In this document: positions 40,517 to 50,471 of the stretch, one piece after another
How the letters are laid out: the number at the start of each line of letters is the position of its first letter
How positions within the stretch are numbered: the first letter of the stretch is position 1
Source of the DNA: Candidatus Latescibacterota bacterium
GTDB taxonomy: Bacteria; Latescibacterota; UBA2968; UBA8231
Assembly: GCA_965261395.1 (NCBI GenBank)
Contig: OZ253462.1
Coordinates: 5,088,001-5,152,000, forward strand
Reading direction: 5' to 3'
Length of the DNA: 64,000 nt
Position numbers and translations under genes: made by a program
The notes under the pieces: generated by a model
Told to the model about the DNA's origin: nothing
The model's database searches: none
What the model saw: only the letters and a program-made list of their open reading frames with translations

Positions 40517-41992
40517 ATGGCTAAAGCCAAGGCTAAAGCCAAAACGAAAGCCAAAGCCAAAACGAAGTCATCCGGGCCCAGCGCGGTCGATGCCGCGCTG
40601 GCCTTAGCACGCAACCAACAAGCGCAGATGGTCGATTTCAAGTTCGTCGATCTGCCCGGCACCTGGCAGCACTTTACCATGCCCATCGCCGGCCTCGAAC
40701 CCGACCTGTTCGACGATGGCCTCGGCTTCGATGGCTCCTCCATCCGCGGATGGAGGGCGATCGACGAATCCGACATGCTCGTCGTGCCCGATCCGACCAC
40801 CGCCGTGATGGATCCGTTCACCCAGGTGCCCACCCTGTCGCTGATCTGCTCGATTGAAGACCCCATCACCCGCCAGCCCTATAACCGCGATCCCCGCGGC
40901 GTTGCCCAGCGCGCTCAAGCCTACTTGCTGCGCACCCAGCTGGCCGACACGGCGTTTTTCGGGCCGGAAGCGGAGTTTTTCATCTTCGACAACATCCAGT
41001 TCGACCAGCAAGCCCATCAGGCTTTCTATGCGATTGACTCGACCGAAGGACGCTGGAACAGCGGCGCCGACGAAGGGCCTAACCTCGGCTACAAGCCCGA
41101 CTACAAGGGCGGCTACTTCCCCGTGCCGCCCACGGACTCCCAGCAAGACATCCGCAGTGAGATGGTGCAGACGATGCTCGACTGCGGCATCGACGTGGAG
41201 ATTCACCACCACGAGGTGGGCACCGCCGGCCAGGGCGAAATCGACATCCGCTTTTGCCCGCTGTTGATCTGCGGCGACCGGATGATGATGTACAAATACA
41301 TCGTCAAGAATGTGGCACGGCAGCACGGCAAGACGGCTACGTTCATGCCCAAGCCGCTGTTTGAGGACAACGGCACCGGCATGCACACCCACCAGAGTCT
41401 GTGGCAGGGCGACCAGCCGCTGTTTGCTGGCAGCGGCTATGCGGGTATCAGCCAGATGGCGCTGCACTACATCGGCGGGTTGTTGCACCACGCACCGGCG
41501 CTGTTGGCGTTTACCAATCCGACGACCAACTCCTACAAGCGGCTGGTGCCCGGCTACGAGGCCCCGGTGAACTTGGCCTACTCGCAGCGCAACCGCAGTG
41601 CGTCGGTGCGCATTCCGATGTATTCGCCTAGTCCCAAGAGCAAGCGGGTGGAGTTCCGTTGTCCGGACCCGTCGTGCAACATTTACTTGGCGCTGTCGGC
41701 GATGCTGATGGCGGGGTTGGACGGGATCGAGCAGCAGATGGATCCGGGGGAACCGCTGGACAAGAATCTGTATGATCTGTCGGCGGAGGAACGGGCGGGG
41801 GTGCCGCAGACGGCCGGCTCATTGGAGGCGTCGTTGGATCACTTGGAGCAGGATCGGGACTTTCTGTTGCAGGGCGATGTGTTCTCCGACGACCTGATCG
41901 ACGCGTGGATCGACTACAAGCGCACCGAAGAGGTCGATGCCCTCCGACTGCGTCCGCATCCCTATGAGTTCTCACTCTACTACGACGTGTAA
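40517..41992 (+). CDS. glnA: Glutamine synthetase type I
   Basis: [57 protein letters not shown] adenylylation site. Confidence 0.97.
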   Translation: MAKAKAKAKTKAKAKTKSSGPSAVDAALALARNQQAQMVDFKFVDLPGTWQHFTMPIAGLEPDLFDDGLGFDGSSIRGWRAIDESDMLVVPDPTTAVMDPFTQVPTLSLICSIEDPITRQPYNRDPRGVAQRAQAYLLRTQLADTAFFGPEAEFFIFDNIQFDQQAHQAFYAIDSTEGRWNSGADEGPNLGYKPDYKGGYFPVPPTDSQQDIRSEMVQTMLDCGIDVEIHHHEVGTAGQGEIDIRFCPLLICGDRMMMYKYIVKNVARQHGKTATFMPKPLFEDNGTGMHTHQSLWQGDQPLFAGSGYAGISQMALHYIGGLLHHAPALLAFTNPTTNSYKRLVPGYEAPVNLAYSQRNRSASVRIPMYSPSPKSKRVEFRCPDPSCNIYLALSAMLMAGLDGIEQQMDPGEPLDKNLYDLSAEERAGVPQTAGSLEASLDHLEQDRDFLLQGDVFSDDLIDAWIDYKRTEEVDALRLRPHPYEFSLYYDV

Positions 41993-42018
41993 ATTCAAAC
42001 TACCTTACAAACGACACA

Positions 42019-42051
42019 AAAGGGGCGGTGCCAGCTTGGCATCGCCCCTTT
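42019..42051 (+). terminator. Intrinsic terminator after glnA
   Basis: AAAGGGGCGGTGCCA-GCT-TGGCATCGCCCCTTT followed by a T-rich tract. Confidence 0.75.
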
Positions 42052-42111
42052 ACATTTTTGGTAAGCCCGCGCGATTTTCGTATATTCAGCCCACCAAAAT
42101 AAGGAGAACAT

Positions 42112-42906
42112 ATGCACTTCTTGACGATCCTAGTGCTCGCCATCCTCCCACTCGCAACGTACGCCGATGCAGATCCGCAGGCGCAGTACGCAGTCCAACG
42201 CGCGCTCGAACCGGTCGTTGTCGATGGCAAATTGGACGAATTCTCGTGGGAACGGGCGCATCAAATCAACCGCTTCGAGCGCATCCTCAACGACTACGAC
42301 GAGGTGCTCTTTCCCACGCGGGCGAAGATGCTGTGGGATGGCGACTACTTTTACTTTGCCTTCGTCTGTCAAGACGCGGACATGTGGGCCATCTACGAAG
42401 AGGAAGACGATCCGCTGTGGGGAGAGGAAGTCGTGGAGATCTTTATCGACCCCGACGGCGACGGCAAACGCTACCTAGAGCTGGAGGTCAACCCGCGCAA
42501 TGTGGTCGTCGATTTGCTGATCTATTCGGTGTCACCCGAGTGGCACTCGTCCAAAGACTGGGATATCGCCGGGCTTAAAACAGCGGTCCGAGCTTACGGC
42601 ACCGTCAACGACTCGCTCGCGCTCGACTGGGGCTGGACTGCGGAAATCGCCATTCCCTGGGCCGCTCTAGCCGATAGCGTCACCGGTGGCGCGCGCCCGA
42701 CAGCAGGCGATGTCTGGCGACTCAACCTCTACCGCATCGAACGCAAGGGCGGGCGCAATCTAAAAAGCCGCCTAAACGACCTCCAAGACGCAGACGCGCT
42801 CCAGCAGCACTACCACGAGCAGACCGAGTACACGGCCTGGAGCGAAACCTACCAGCGCGGCTTTCACCACCCCGACCGCTTTGGCGCGGTGCAATTTGCG
42901 GAATAA
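42112..42906 (+). CDS. Secreted carbohydrate-binding family 9-like protein
   Basis: Signal peptide, VDGKLDE..W, MLWD, VVEIFIDPDG, WTAEIAIPW, WRLNLYR. Confidence 0.8.
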   Translation: MHFLTILVLAILPLATYADADPQAQYAVQRALEPVVVDGKLDEFSWERAHQINRFERILNDYDEVLFPTRAKMLWDGDYFYFAFVCQDADMWAIYEEEDDPLWGEEVVEIFIDPDGDGKRYLELEVNPRNVVVDLLIYSVSPEWHSSKDWDIAGLKTAVRAYGTVNDSLALDWGWTAEIAIPWAALADSVTGGARPTAGDVWRLNLYRIERKGGRNLKSRLNDLQDADALQQHYHEQTEYTAWSETYQRGFHHPDRFGAVQFAE

Positions 42907-42912
42907 GCAGCC

Positions 42913-43500
42913 ATGGATAAGCTCTTAGCCCTCTGCCTGTTACTCGTCCTGCCGGCGCTGGCCGCGGCCGATGTGGAAGGCATGGTATGGATCGGCCCGG
43001 ACTTCTACATCGACATGTACGAGTACCCCAACCAGCGCGGTGCCCTCCCCACAGTCGACGTCACCTGGGGCGAAGCGGAATCGCTCTGTGCAGCGCAAGG
43101 CAAACGGCTGTGTACCGAACAGGAATGGCAGAAAGCCTGCACCGGGCCGCAGAATTTTGCGTATTCCTATGGTGCAGAATTCGAGCCGGGGCGCTGCAAT
43201 ACGCGCTTTGCCGTCGATGGGGTCTGGCAGCGTGGACCGGGCCTAGCGCCCAGCGGTGCGTATGCAGGCTGCACCAATGACTACGGGGCCTACGACATGA
43301 TCGGCAATGCTTGGGAGTGGACCGCATCCTGGTATTCGCGCTCCGACCGCTGGCGGATCGTGCGCGGCGGCTCCTTTTTCCACAGCGTCAACCTAGCCCG
43401 GGCCGACACCCGCTACGGGCGGTTCCTCGACCCCGACTACCGCCTCGATTTAGTGGGCTTCCGCTGTTGTCTCTCGGCTGCTGCTCCTCAAGCGCCGTAA
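42913..43500 (+). CDS. FGE/SUMF1-sulfatase-modifying-factor domain protein
   Basis: KRLCTEQEW, YDMIGNAWEW, RGGSF, GFRCC. Confidence 0.85.
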   Translation: MDKLLALCLLLVLPALAAADVEGMVWIGPDFYIDMYEYPNQRGALPTVDVTWGEAESLCAAQGKRLCTEQEWQKACTGPQNFAYSYGAEFEPGRCNTRFAVDGVWQRGPGLAPSGAYAGCTNDYGAYDMIGNAWEWTASWYSRSDRWRIVRGGSFFHSVNLARADTRYGRFLDPDYRLDLVGFRCCLSAAAPQAP

Positions 43501-43504
43501 CGCC

Positions 43505-44041
43505 ATGGCCATTCGCAAGGTGTCGCGGATGGGACATCCGGTGCTGCGCCAACGCGCCGTAGAGATCCCCCCTGCCCAGATGCAAAGCCCCCAGATGCAG
43601 CGCTTAATCGACGACATGATCGAGACCATGATCGACTACGAGGGCATTGGCTTGGCCGCGCCGCAAGTCTTTGAACCCTTGCGACTGATCGTCCTCGGCG
43701 ACCCAGAAGCCGACCCCCAAGACGAGACCGCTATCCCGTTGACCGTGCTCTTCAATCCGCAGTTTACCACCCTGTCGCCGGAGCATCTAGACGGCTGGGA
43801 AGGCTGCTTGAGCATCCCCCAATTGCGCGGCGGCGTCCCGCGCTCGGCAGCCGTCGAGGTCCGGGGCTACGACCGCGAGGGTCGAGCGGTGGAGCAGACG
43901 GCAGAGGGGCTTTTTTCCCGCGTCCTCCAGCACGAAATTGACCATCTCGACGGCGTGCTCTTCCCAGACCGCATGGCCGATCTACAGACCCTTACCTTTA
44001 TAGAAGAATATCAACGCTATTGGCTCGATGCCGAAGCGTGA
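43505..44041 (+). CDS. def: Peptide deformylase
   Basis: GIGLAAPQ, EGCLS, QHEIDHLDG. Confidence 0.96.
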   Translation: MAIRKVSRMGHPVLRQRAVEIPPAQMQSPQMQRLIDDMIETMIDYEGIGLAAPQVFEPLRLIVLGDPEADPQDETAIPLTVLFNPQFTTLSPEHLDGWEGCLSIPQLRGGVPRSAAVEVRGYDREGRAVEQTAEGLFSRVLQHEIDHLDGVLFPDRMADLQTLTFIEEYQRYWLDAEA

Positions 44042-44070
44042 GGCCGCCGGGTCGGTGAGAGAGAGCCGAC

Positions 44071-44098
44071 TTGACAACCGCCCCAGACCTCGTACTAT
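44071..44098 (+). promoter_or_regulatory. Putative sigma70 promoter
   Basis: TTGACA-N16-TACTAT upstream of the oxidoreductase gene. Confidence 0.55.
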
Positions 44099-44133
44099 GT
44101 TTGCGTTCATTTCCAACCCTATCAGATACGCCC

Positions 44134-47100
44134 ATGGATCCCCGCTTCTCACTTGAACAAGGCACGGGCATTTACACCGGCAACGAGCTGATCGTTAAGG
44201 GTGCCTTAGAAAGCCAAGTCGGCATCATCACCGGGTACCCCGGCTCGCCCTTGGCCGAGCTTTTCGAGACTCTCGAAAACAACAAGGACCTCTTTAACGA
44301 ACACGGCATCGTCGCGCAGATAGCCAACAACGAAGCCCTCGCCGCGGCCCGCCTCAACGGCTCGCAGATGGAGGGCATTCGCGCCTTGGGCGTGATGAAG
44401 AGCGTCGGCCTGCACGTGGCGGCCGACGGGTTGGCCCTTGGCAATATGGTCGGTGCGTCGCCCAGCGGGGGTGTCCTAGTCGCCGTGGGCGATGACACTT
44501 GGTCCGAGGGCACCCAAGTACCGGCTGACTCGCGCTTTCTATCCCAGCATCTCTACATGCCGGTCCTCGAACCCGCGACCTTTCAGGAAATCAAGGACTG
44601 GATCGGGAAGGGCTTTGAGTTGTCGCGGCGCTCGCGCCTCTATCTGACCTATCTGGTCACCTCCAACCAAGCCGACGGCGGCGGCAGCGTCACCGTCTAT
44701 CACAACCGCTTTGCCGCCATCAACCGCAAGCAGCGCATCGCGCTGGACACCAGCACCATTTGCTCTGACGACCGCGTCATTATCCCGCCAGCTACGGCGC
44801 TCAAAGAGAGTGAAGTCGTCCACCAGCGCTACCCCCACCTGTGGCAGTTAGCGCGAGAGGCGGGCATCAACCAAATCCTCTATCCTCCGAGCGCGGCCCC
44901 CAAGCCGCTGGGCTTTATCACCTCTGGCTTGGCGTATAGCTATCTCGAACACGCCCTGCACATCCTCGGGCTGACCGGGCATTTCCCCATCCTCAAGCTG
45001 GGTATTACCTACCCGGTCGATCCCCACATGATCGCGCGCTTTGCCGATTGCGCGCAGACCTTCTGCGTGGTCGAGGAAAAGCGGCCCTTTATCGAGCCGC
45101 AGATCGCCGCCGAGTTGGCGCGGCAACAAGACCTCGCCCCCGCGCTGTGGGGCAAGCGCTTCCCGGGCAATGTCCCAGGCTTTCCCGATGTCCAGGGCCT
45201 GCACCCCTCGCTCATCGTCCAAGACCTATCTCGCCTCTTTACCGCGCTGGACGCCGAGCTGCCCATCGACCGCGAGAAACTACAGGCCGAACTCGACGCC
45301 TTGGCACCCGTGCCCTCCACCACGACCGTTCCACCGCGCGCTCCCTCTTTCTGCCCGGGGTGTCCACACCGCGACTCGGCCAGCGTGCTCAAGAAAGCCG
45401 CGGCCGACTTGGCTGCGCCGCCCGAGGGCCAAGCCCCCGTAGATTTGGTCTTCCACGGCGACATCGGCTGCTACTCCATGCTCAAATACGCGCCGTTTTC
45501 CGAGCTGATGCACAATCTTTCCGGCATGGGCTTGGGCGGCGGCACCGGCGCGGGCATCGACCCCTTCATCGATAACAAACAGGTCGTCTTCATGGGGGAT
45601 TCGACCTTTTTCCACACCGGTATGATCGCCATCTCCGACTCGATCAAAAACGGCCAGGACATCACCTACATCATCCTCGACAACAAGACCACGGCCATGA
45701 CCGGGCACCAGCCCACCCCAGGCGTGGACGTCGACGTCTTGGGCAAACCGACCTTTGCCCAAGACATCGAAAAGACCGTCGCTGGCCTAGCGGGCGACTC
45801 GTCGGCCTTTATCGCCCGCATGGACCCATCCCAACGCCAGGACTACGACGCCCTCGTCCGCAAGACCTTGCTCCGCGACGGGGTCAAAATCATCATCGCC
45901 GACAAGGAATGCGGCATCACCTACCACCGCCGCGAGCGGGCGCGCCAAAGCGCGATCGCCAAAGAACAGGGCTTCCTGCCGGTCGAAAAGCACATCAACA
46001 TCAGCGAAGACGTCTGCGAGTACTGCCTCGAATGCACCCAGGCTACCGGGTGCAGCGGCCTGACGGTCGCGGCCGCCACCGAGTACGGCCCCAAGATCGC
46101 CATCGACCCTTCCTCCTGCGTTGCCGACGGGGCCTGCACCCGGGTCGAAGTCGGCGATGGCGACAAAACCTGTCCCTCGTTTGAGGAGGTCACGGTCCAG
46201 CGCAAAGCCCCACCCACCGTCTCGACCCCTCCCATTGACGTCGGCCAGTTGCCCACGCCCGCACACCGACCCCTCTCCGACATCTGGTACACCTACATAG
46301 CCGGGGTCGGCGGCATGGGCGTCAACGTAGTGGCCTCGGTGCTGGCTCAAGCCGGGGTGCGGCAGGGCTACGAGGTGCGGCTGACCAACAAGAAGGGGCT
46401 GGCCATCCGCAACGGCTCGGTCTATTCGCATTTGAGCTACGCGCCCAAGGGAACTCCGGTCTCCCCGCTGATTCCCTGTGGCAAGGCCGACTTGCTCTTC
46501 GGGCTCGACGTACTCGAAGCGGCGCGGGGCCTCGAACCCCAAGGCCGCTACCGCATCGCCCACCCGGAGCGCACCGCAGCCATCGTCAATACCGCCAAGA
46601 CCCCCACGATCGACACCCTCATCGGCCAAGAGGACTTCTCGGCCGAAGTCCAAGCCGACCTAATCCGCCAACACACCCGCCAAGACGCGTACTTCGGCAC
46701 GGATCTCTTCCGCATCTGCGAGCACTACTTGGGCAATAAGCTCTACGCCAACATCATGATGCTCGGCGTGGCCTTCCAACGCGGGTTGCTCTCCCTAGAG
46801 CTAGATACTTTGCTCTGGGCCATAGGCCGGGCCGTGCGCCGCGACCTAGAGACCAACCTAAAAGCCTTTAACATGGGACGGTACCTAGCGCTCGATCCGA
46901 ACCATTTTCCACTCGAAGAAAAACCACTTAGCTACGCCGAACTCGTCGCCGACAAAACTGCGCTACTGACTCGGACGCGGGGCAAGCGCGTCGCCGAGGC
47001 CTACCGCGACCGCATCCGCGATACGCCCATCGCCGTAGCGCGACGGCACTTCGCGCTGCGGGTGTACGACCTGATCCAGTACGAAAACCTCGCGTACGCC

Positions 47101-47688
47101 GACCGCTATATCCACCAAGTGCTCGCCGTGCAGGCCAAAGACGGGCCCGAGCGCAATTTCGCAGCCACCCGCACGGTCATCCACCAGCTCGCCAAGGTCC
47201 TCGCCATCAAGGACGAAATCTACGTGGCCTATCTACTCACCTGCGAGGAGAAGTACCGCCGCGACCGCCGCCGCTACAACATCGACCCGAGCCGCGGCGA
47301 CCGCATCCGCTACCGCCACCTGAACCGGCCGAACCTGCGCCTGTTTGGCCGCGACTTCCGCCCGGATATCAAGCTAGGCGATAGGCCGCTGAAGTTGATC
47401 GCCCGCATGAAGTTCCTCCGCCGGCTCTGCTCCTCGTGGTGGCACCTCGAAGAGCGCGACTTCGTCGCTTGGTACGAAGGCCTAATCGCCGACTTTTCTC
47501 CTCATTCCGCCGCCGAGTACGACATTTGGGTGCAAGTCCTGTCGCTGCCCGAGGAGGTGCGCGGCTACCGCGGCGTCCGGCAGCCCAAGATGGAGGCGGC
47601 CAAGGTGCGGGCCGCCGAACTGCTAGCCGGACGCGAGCCCACCCCAGACCCAGCGCTGTTGCAGATCTCCGTATCCATTGTAAGCTAA
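44134..47688 (+). CDS. Fused indolepyruvate/2-oxoacid:ferredoxin oxidoreductase family protein
   Basis: TGYPGSP, FCPGCPH, GDIGCY, TPP motif GDSTFFH..DN..TAMTG, CEYCLEC, GVGGMG, YKD-like AIKDE..VA, EVRGY. Confidence 0.88.
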   Translation: MDPRFSLEQGTGIYTGNELIVKGALESQVGIITGYPGSPLAELFETLENNKDLFNEHGIVAQIANNEALAAARLNGSQMEGIRALGVMKSVGLHVAADGLALGNMVGASPSGGVLVAVGDDTWSEGTQVPADSRFLSQHLYMPVLEPATFQEIKDWIGKGFELSRRSRLYLTYLVTSNQADGGGSVTVYHNRFAAINRKQRIALDTSTICSDDRVIIPPATALKESEVVHQRYPHLWQLAREAGINQILYPPSAAPKPLGFITSGLAYSYLEHALHILGLTGHFPILKLGITYPVDPHMIARFADCAQTFCVVEEKRPFIEPQIAAELARQQDLAPALWGKRFPGNVPGFPDVQGLHPSLIVQDLSRLFTALDAELPIDREKLQAELDALAPVPSTTTVPPRAPSFCPGCPHRDSASVLKKAAADLAAPPEGQAPVDLVFHGDIGCYSMLKYAPFSELMHNLSGMGLGGGTGAGIDPFIDNKQVVFMGDSTFFHTGMIAISDSIKNGQDITYIILDNKTTAMTGHQPTPGVDVDVLGKPTFAQDIEKTVAGLAGDSSAFIARMDPSQRQDYDALVRKTLLRDGVKIIIADKECGITYHRRERARQSAIAKEQGFLPVEKHINISEDVCEYCLECTQATGCSGLTVAAATEYGPKIAIDPSSCVADGACTRVEVGDGDKTCPSFEEVTVQRKAPPTVSTPPIDVGQLPTPAHRPLSDIWYTYIAGVGGMGVNVVASVLAQAGVRQGYEVRLTNKKGLAIRNGSVYSHLSYAPKGTPVSPLIPCGKADLLFGLDVLEAARGLEPQGRYRIAHPERTAAIVNTAKTPTIDTLIGQEDFSAEVQADLIRQHTRQDAYFGTDLFRICEHYLGNKLYANIMMLGVAFQRGLLSLELDTLLWAIGRAVRRDLETNLKAFNMGRYLALDPNHFPLEEKPLSYAELVADKTALLTRTRGKRVAEAYRDRIRDTPIAVARRHFALRVYDLIQYENLAYADRYIHQVLAVQAKDGPERNFAATRTVIHQLAKVLAIKDEIYVAYLLTCEEKYRRDRRRYNIDPSRGDRIRYRHLNRPNLRLFGRDFRPDIKLGDRPLKLIARMKFLRRLCSSWWHLEERDFVAWYEGLIADFSPHSAAEYDIWVQVLSLPEEVRGYRGVRQPKMEAAKVRAAELLAGREPTPDPALLQISVSIVS

Positions 47689-47692
47689 CCTC

Positions 47693-48160
47693 GTGATTCG
47701 ACCCTATCGCCCAGAGGACTTGGCCGCGCTCAAGCGCATTACGGCCGTCTGCTTCCCCGGGGTATCCATCGACCACAACATCGAGCAGCGCTTCGGGCTA
47801 ATCGGCGGCCGCGACTGGCAATTTCGCAAGCTGCGCCACATCGACGACGACGTGGTCGGCGAGCGGGCGAGCGGCGTCTTTGTATGGGAGTCAGACGGCG
47901 AGGTCGTCGGCTACATCACCACCCGCATCGACCACGAGAGTAAAATCGGCGGGATTCCCAACATCGCCGTCCTGCCGCACTGCCAAGGCGAGGGCGTGGG
48001 CCGCCAGCTCTTAGAGCACGCCCTCGCGCACCTGCGCGCCGCCGGTATGGAGTACGCCAAAATCGAGACGCTGGCGCAAAACCCCATCGGTGCGCACTTG
48101 TATCCCAGCCTCGGCTTTGAGGAAGTCGCCCGCCAGATCCACTATTGCACGCGCCTGTGA
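47693..48160 (+). CDS. GNAT family N-acetyltransferase
   Basis: IAVLPHCQGEGVGRQLL, LYPSLGF. Confidence 0.85.
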   Translation: MIRPYRPEDLAALKRITAVCFPGVSIDHNIEQRFGLIGGRDWQFRKLRHIDDDVVGERASGVFVWESDGEVVGYITTRIDHESKIGGIPNIAVLPHCQGEGVGRQLLEHALAHLRAAGMEYAKIETLAQNPIGAHLYPSLGFEEVARQIHYCTRL

Positions 48161-48171
48161 TTGGTAGAGAT

Positions 48172-48852
48172 ATGACGCCGAAAGAAGCCGCAGGCCGCCG
48201 CGCCGCCGAGTACATTGAAGCCGGTATGATCGTGGGGTTGGGCACTGGCTCGACCGTCGAATGGACCATCCGCGCCCTTGGAGAGCGAGTCGCGGCCGGG
48301 CTGGCGGTTACGGCCATCCCCACCTCAGAAGCCACGACCGCCTTGGCCCGCGCCCTCGGCATTGAGCTGATGACGCTCGCCGAGGTAGCCAGCGTCGATT
48401 TGACCATCGACGGGGCCGACGAGGTCGATCCCAGCCTCGACTTAATCAAGGGCCTCGGCGGCGCGCTCCTGCGCGAGAAAGTCGTCGCCTCCATCACCAC
48501 GCGCCAAATCATTGTCGCCGATCCATCCAAGCTAGTCGATCGGCTCGGCACCAAGGCCCCGCTGCCGATCGAGGTCGTCCCCTGGTCCCATCCCCTCATC
48601 GCGCGGGGTCTCGAAGAACGGAGCCTCGAACCAGCCTTGCGCTTGCGCGCACCGAACATCCCTTTTGTCACCGACAACGGCAACTACGTCATCGACGCTC
48701 GCTTTCCCGAGGGGATCGACGACGCCCGCGCAACCGAGCGCTGGCTCAACACCCTGCCCGGGGTCGTGGAAAACGGACTTTTTATCGGCATGACCCATCT
48801 CGTGATCGTCGGCCAAGACGACGGCTCCTGCCACCTGATCAACAAAAGCTGA
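48172..48852 (+). CDS. rpiA: Ribose-5-phosphate isomerase A
   Basis: GLGTGST, DGADEVD, KGLGGALLREK, TDNGN, GVVENGLF. Confidence 0.96.
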   Translation: MTPKEAAGRRAAEYIEAGMIVGLGTGSTVEWTIRALGERVAAGLAVTAIPTSEATTALARALGIELMTLAEVASVDLTIDGADEVDPSLDLIKGLGGALLREKVVASITTRQIIVADPSKLVDRLGTKAPLPIEVVPWSHPLIARGLEERSLEPALRLRAPNIPFVTDNGNYVIDARFPEGIDDARATERWLNTLPGVVENGLFIGMTHLVIVGQDDGSCHLINKS

Positions 48853-48859
48853 GATTCCC

Positions 48860-49987
48860 ATGCACGATTCTGCACCGCGCTCGCGCCGCTCCTTTCTGCA
48901 AAGCGCCCCGCTGCTAGCGGCTGGCACCTTGGCCGCCTGTGGCGAGAGCCAGCAACAGCAAGCGGCCCCGGCCGTCCAATCCCAACAGCACTTCAAGTGG
49001 AAGATGGTCACCACCTGGCCTAAGAACTTTCCGGCCTTGGGCACCGGGGCCAACAACCTCGCCCACAGCATTGCGGCTCTCTCCGGGGGACGCCTGCAAG
49101 TCAAGGTGTACGGCGCGGGGGAGTTGGTGCCGGCCTCGGGCGTATTCGACGCGGTCTCCGGCGGCACCGCCGAGATGGGCCACGGAGCCGCTTACTACTG
49201 GAAGGGCAAGCACGAGGCGACCCAATTTTTCTCGGCCGTCCCCTTTGGGCTAAACGCGGCCGAGATCAACGGCTGGCTGCGCTATGGTGGCGGCCAGAGC
49301 CTGTGGGACGAACTCTACGCCCCCTTCAACCTCCGAGCCTTTCCCGTCGGCAACACCGGCGTGCAGATGGGCGGTTGGTTCAACAGGGAAATCAATACCC
49401 TGACCGACTTCTCCGGCTTGGTCATGCGGATGCCGGGCTTGGGCGGCGAGGTCCTGCGCCGCCTAGAAGTCACGGTCAAAGCCCTGCCCGGCGGCGAAAT
49501 CTTCCAAGCCCTCAGGACCGGTGCCATCGACGCCACCGAATGGGTTGGCCCGTACAACGATCTCGCCTTTGGACTGCACCAAGCCGCCAAATACTACTAT
49601 TGGCCGGGCTGGCACGAGCCGGGAACCGCGCTAGAGTGCATGGTCAACAAGCAAGCCTTGGAAGCCCTCCCCGCAGACCTCCAAGCCGTCGTCGCATACG
49701 CCTGCCAAGCGGCCAACGACGACATGTTCAGCGAGTTCACCGCGCGCAACAGCCAAGCCCTCAAGACCTTGGTCGACGAACACGGCGTCCAGCTCAGGCG
49801 CTTTCCCGACGAGCTCTTGGCGCAAATCGGCAAAGTGGCCGCCGAAGTCGTCGCCGAGATCGCGGGCCAAGACCCCTTTTCCAGCCGGGTCTATAGCTCG
49901 TTTGACGCCTTCCGCAAAAACTCCATCGCATACACGCGCATCTCCGAGGAAGCTTATACCCAGGCCCGCGCCCTGACCTTTGGCTGA
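48860..49987 (+). CDS. TRAP transporter substrate-binding protein (TakP/FcbT1-like)
   Basis: Tat signal SRRSFL, WKMVTTWP, GNTGVQMGGWF, MRMPGLGG, EWVGP, WHEPG. Confidence 0.9.
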   Translation: MHDSAPRSRRSFLQSAPLLAAGTLAACGESQQQQAAPAVQSQQHFKWKMVTTWPKNFPALGTGANNLAHSIAALSGGRLQVKVYGAGELVPASGVFDAVSGGTAEMGHGAAYYWKGKHEATQFFSAVPFGLNAAEINGWLRYGGGQSLWDELYAPFNLRAFPVGNTGVQMGGWFNREINTLTDFSGLVMRMPGLGGEVLRRLEVTVKALPGGEIFQALRTGAIDATEWVGPYNDLAFGLHQAAKYYYWPGWHEPGTALECMVNKQALEALPADLQAVVAYACQAANDDMFSEFTARNSQALKTLVDEHGVQLRRFPDELLAQIGKVAAEVVAEIAGQDPFSSRVYSSFDAFRKNSIAYTRISEEAYTQARALTFG

Positions 49988-49994
49988 CGCCCGC

Positions 49995-50471
49995 ATGGAA
50001 CGCCTCAACCGCTTCATCGTCCACACCGTACCTTGGCTGACGCTGGGCATGGTCTTGGTGACCTTTGTCATTGTGATCTTGCGCTACCTCTTTGGACGCG
50101 GCTGGGTCTGGATGCAGGAAATAGCCCTGTACATGCACGCCTTTACCTTCCTCCTCGCGGCCGGCTACACCCTCTCGCGCGACGCGCACGTCCGCGTCGA
50201 TATCCTCTACCGACCCTTGGACGTCCGCCGCAAGGCCCTAGTCAATCTCTTGGGCAGCGCGCTGCTGCTGATTCCCTGCTGCACGGTGCTGATCTACCAG
50301 TCGCTGCCCTTTGTCGCCGACTCCTGGGCCGTGTTCGAAGGCTCCCAAGACGGCGGCGGCTTGGAGGCGGTCTATCTGCTCAAAACCGCCATTCCCCTGT
50401 GCTTCGTGCTGCTGTTTTTGCAAGCCCTAGCCATCATTCACCACAGCGTGCAAACCCTCCGCACCCAATGA
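49995..50471 (+). CDS. TRAP transporter small permease (DctQ)
   Basis: Four TM segments, HVRVDILY. Confidence 0.88.
   Translation: MERLNRFIVHTVPWLTLGMVLVTFVIVILRYLFGRGWVWMQEIALYMHAFTFLLAAGYTLSRDAHVRVDILYRPLDVRRKALVNLLGSALLLIPCCTVLIYQSLPFVADSWAVFEGSQDGGGLEAVYLLKTAIPLCFVLLFLQALAIIHHSVQTLRTQ

Noticed and set aside
41310-41900. Apparent shift to G/T-ending codons in the 3' half of glnA (possible recombination patch)
   Set aside because: Visual impression only; needs codon-usage statistics and an ortholog alignment.
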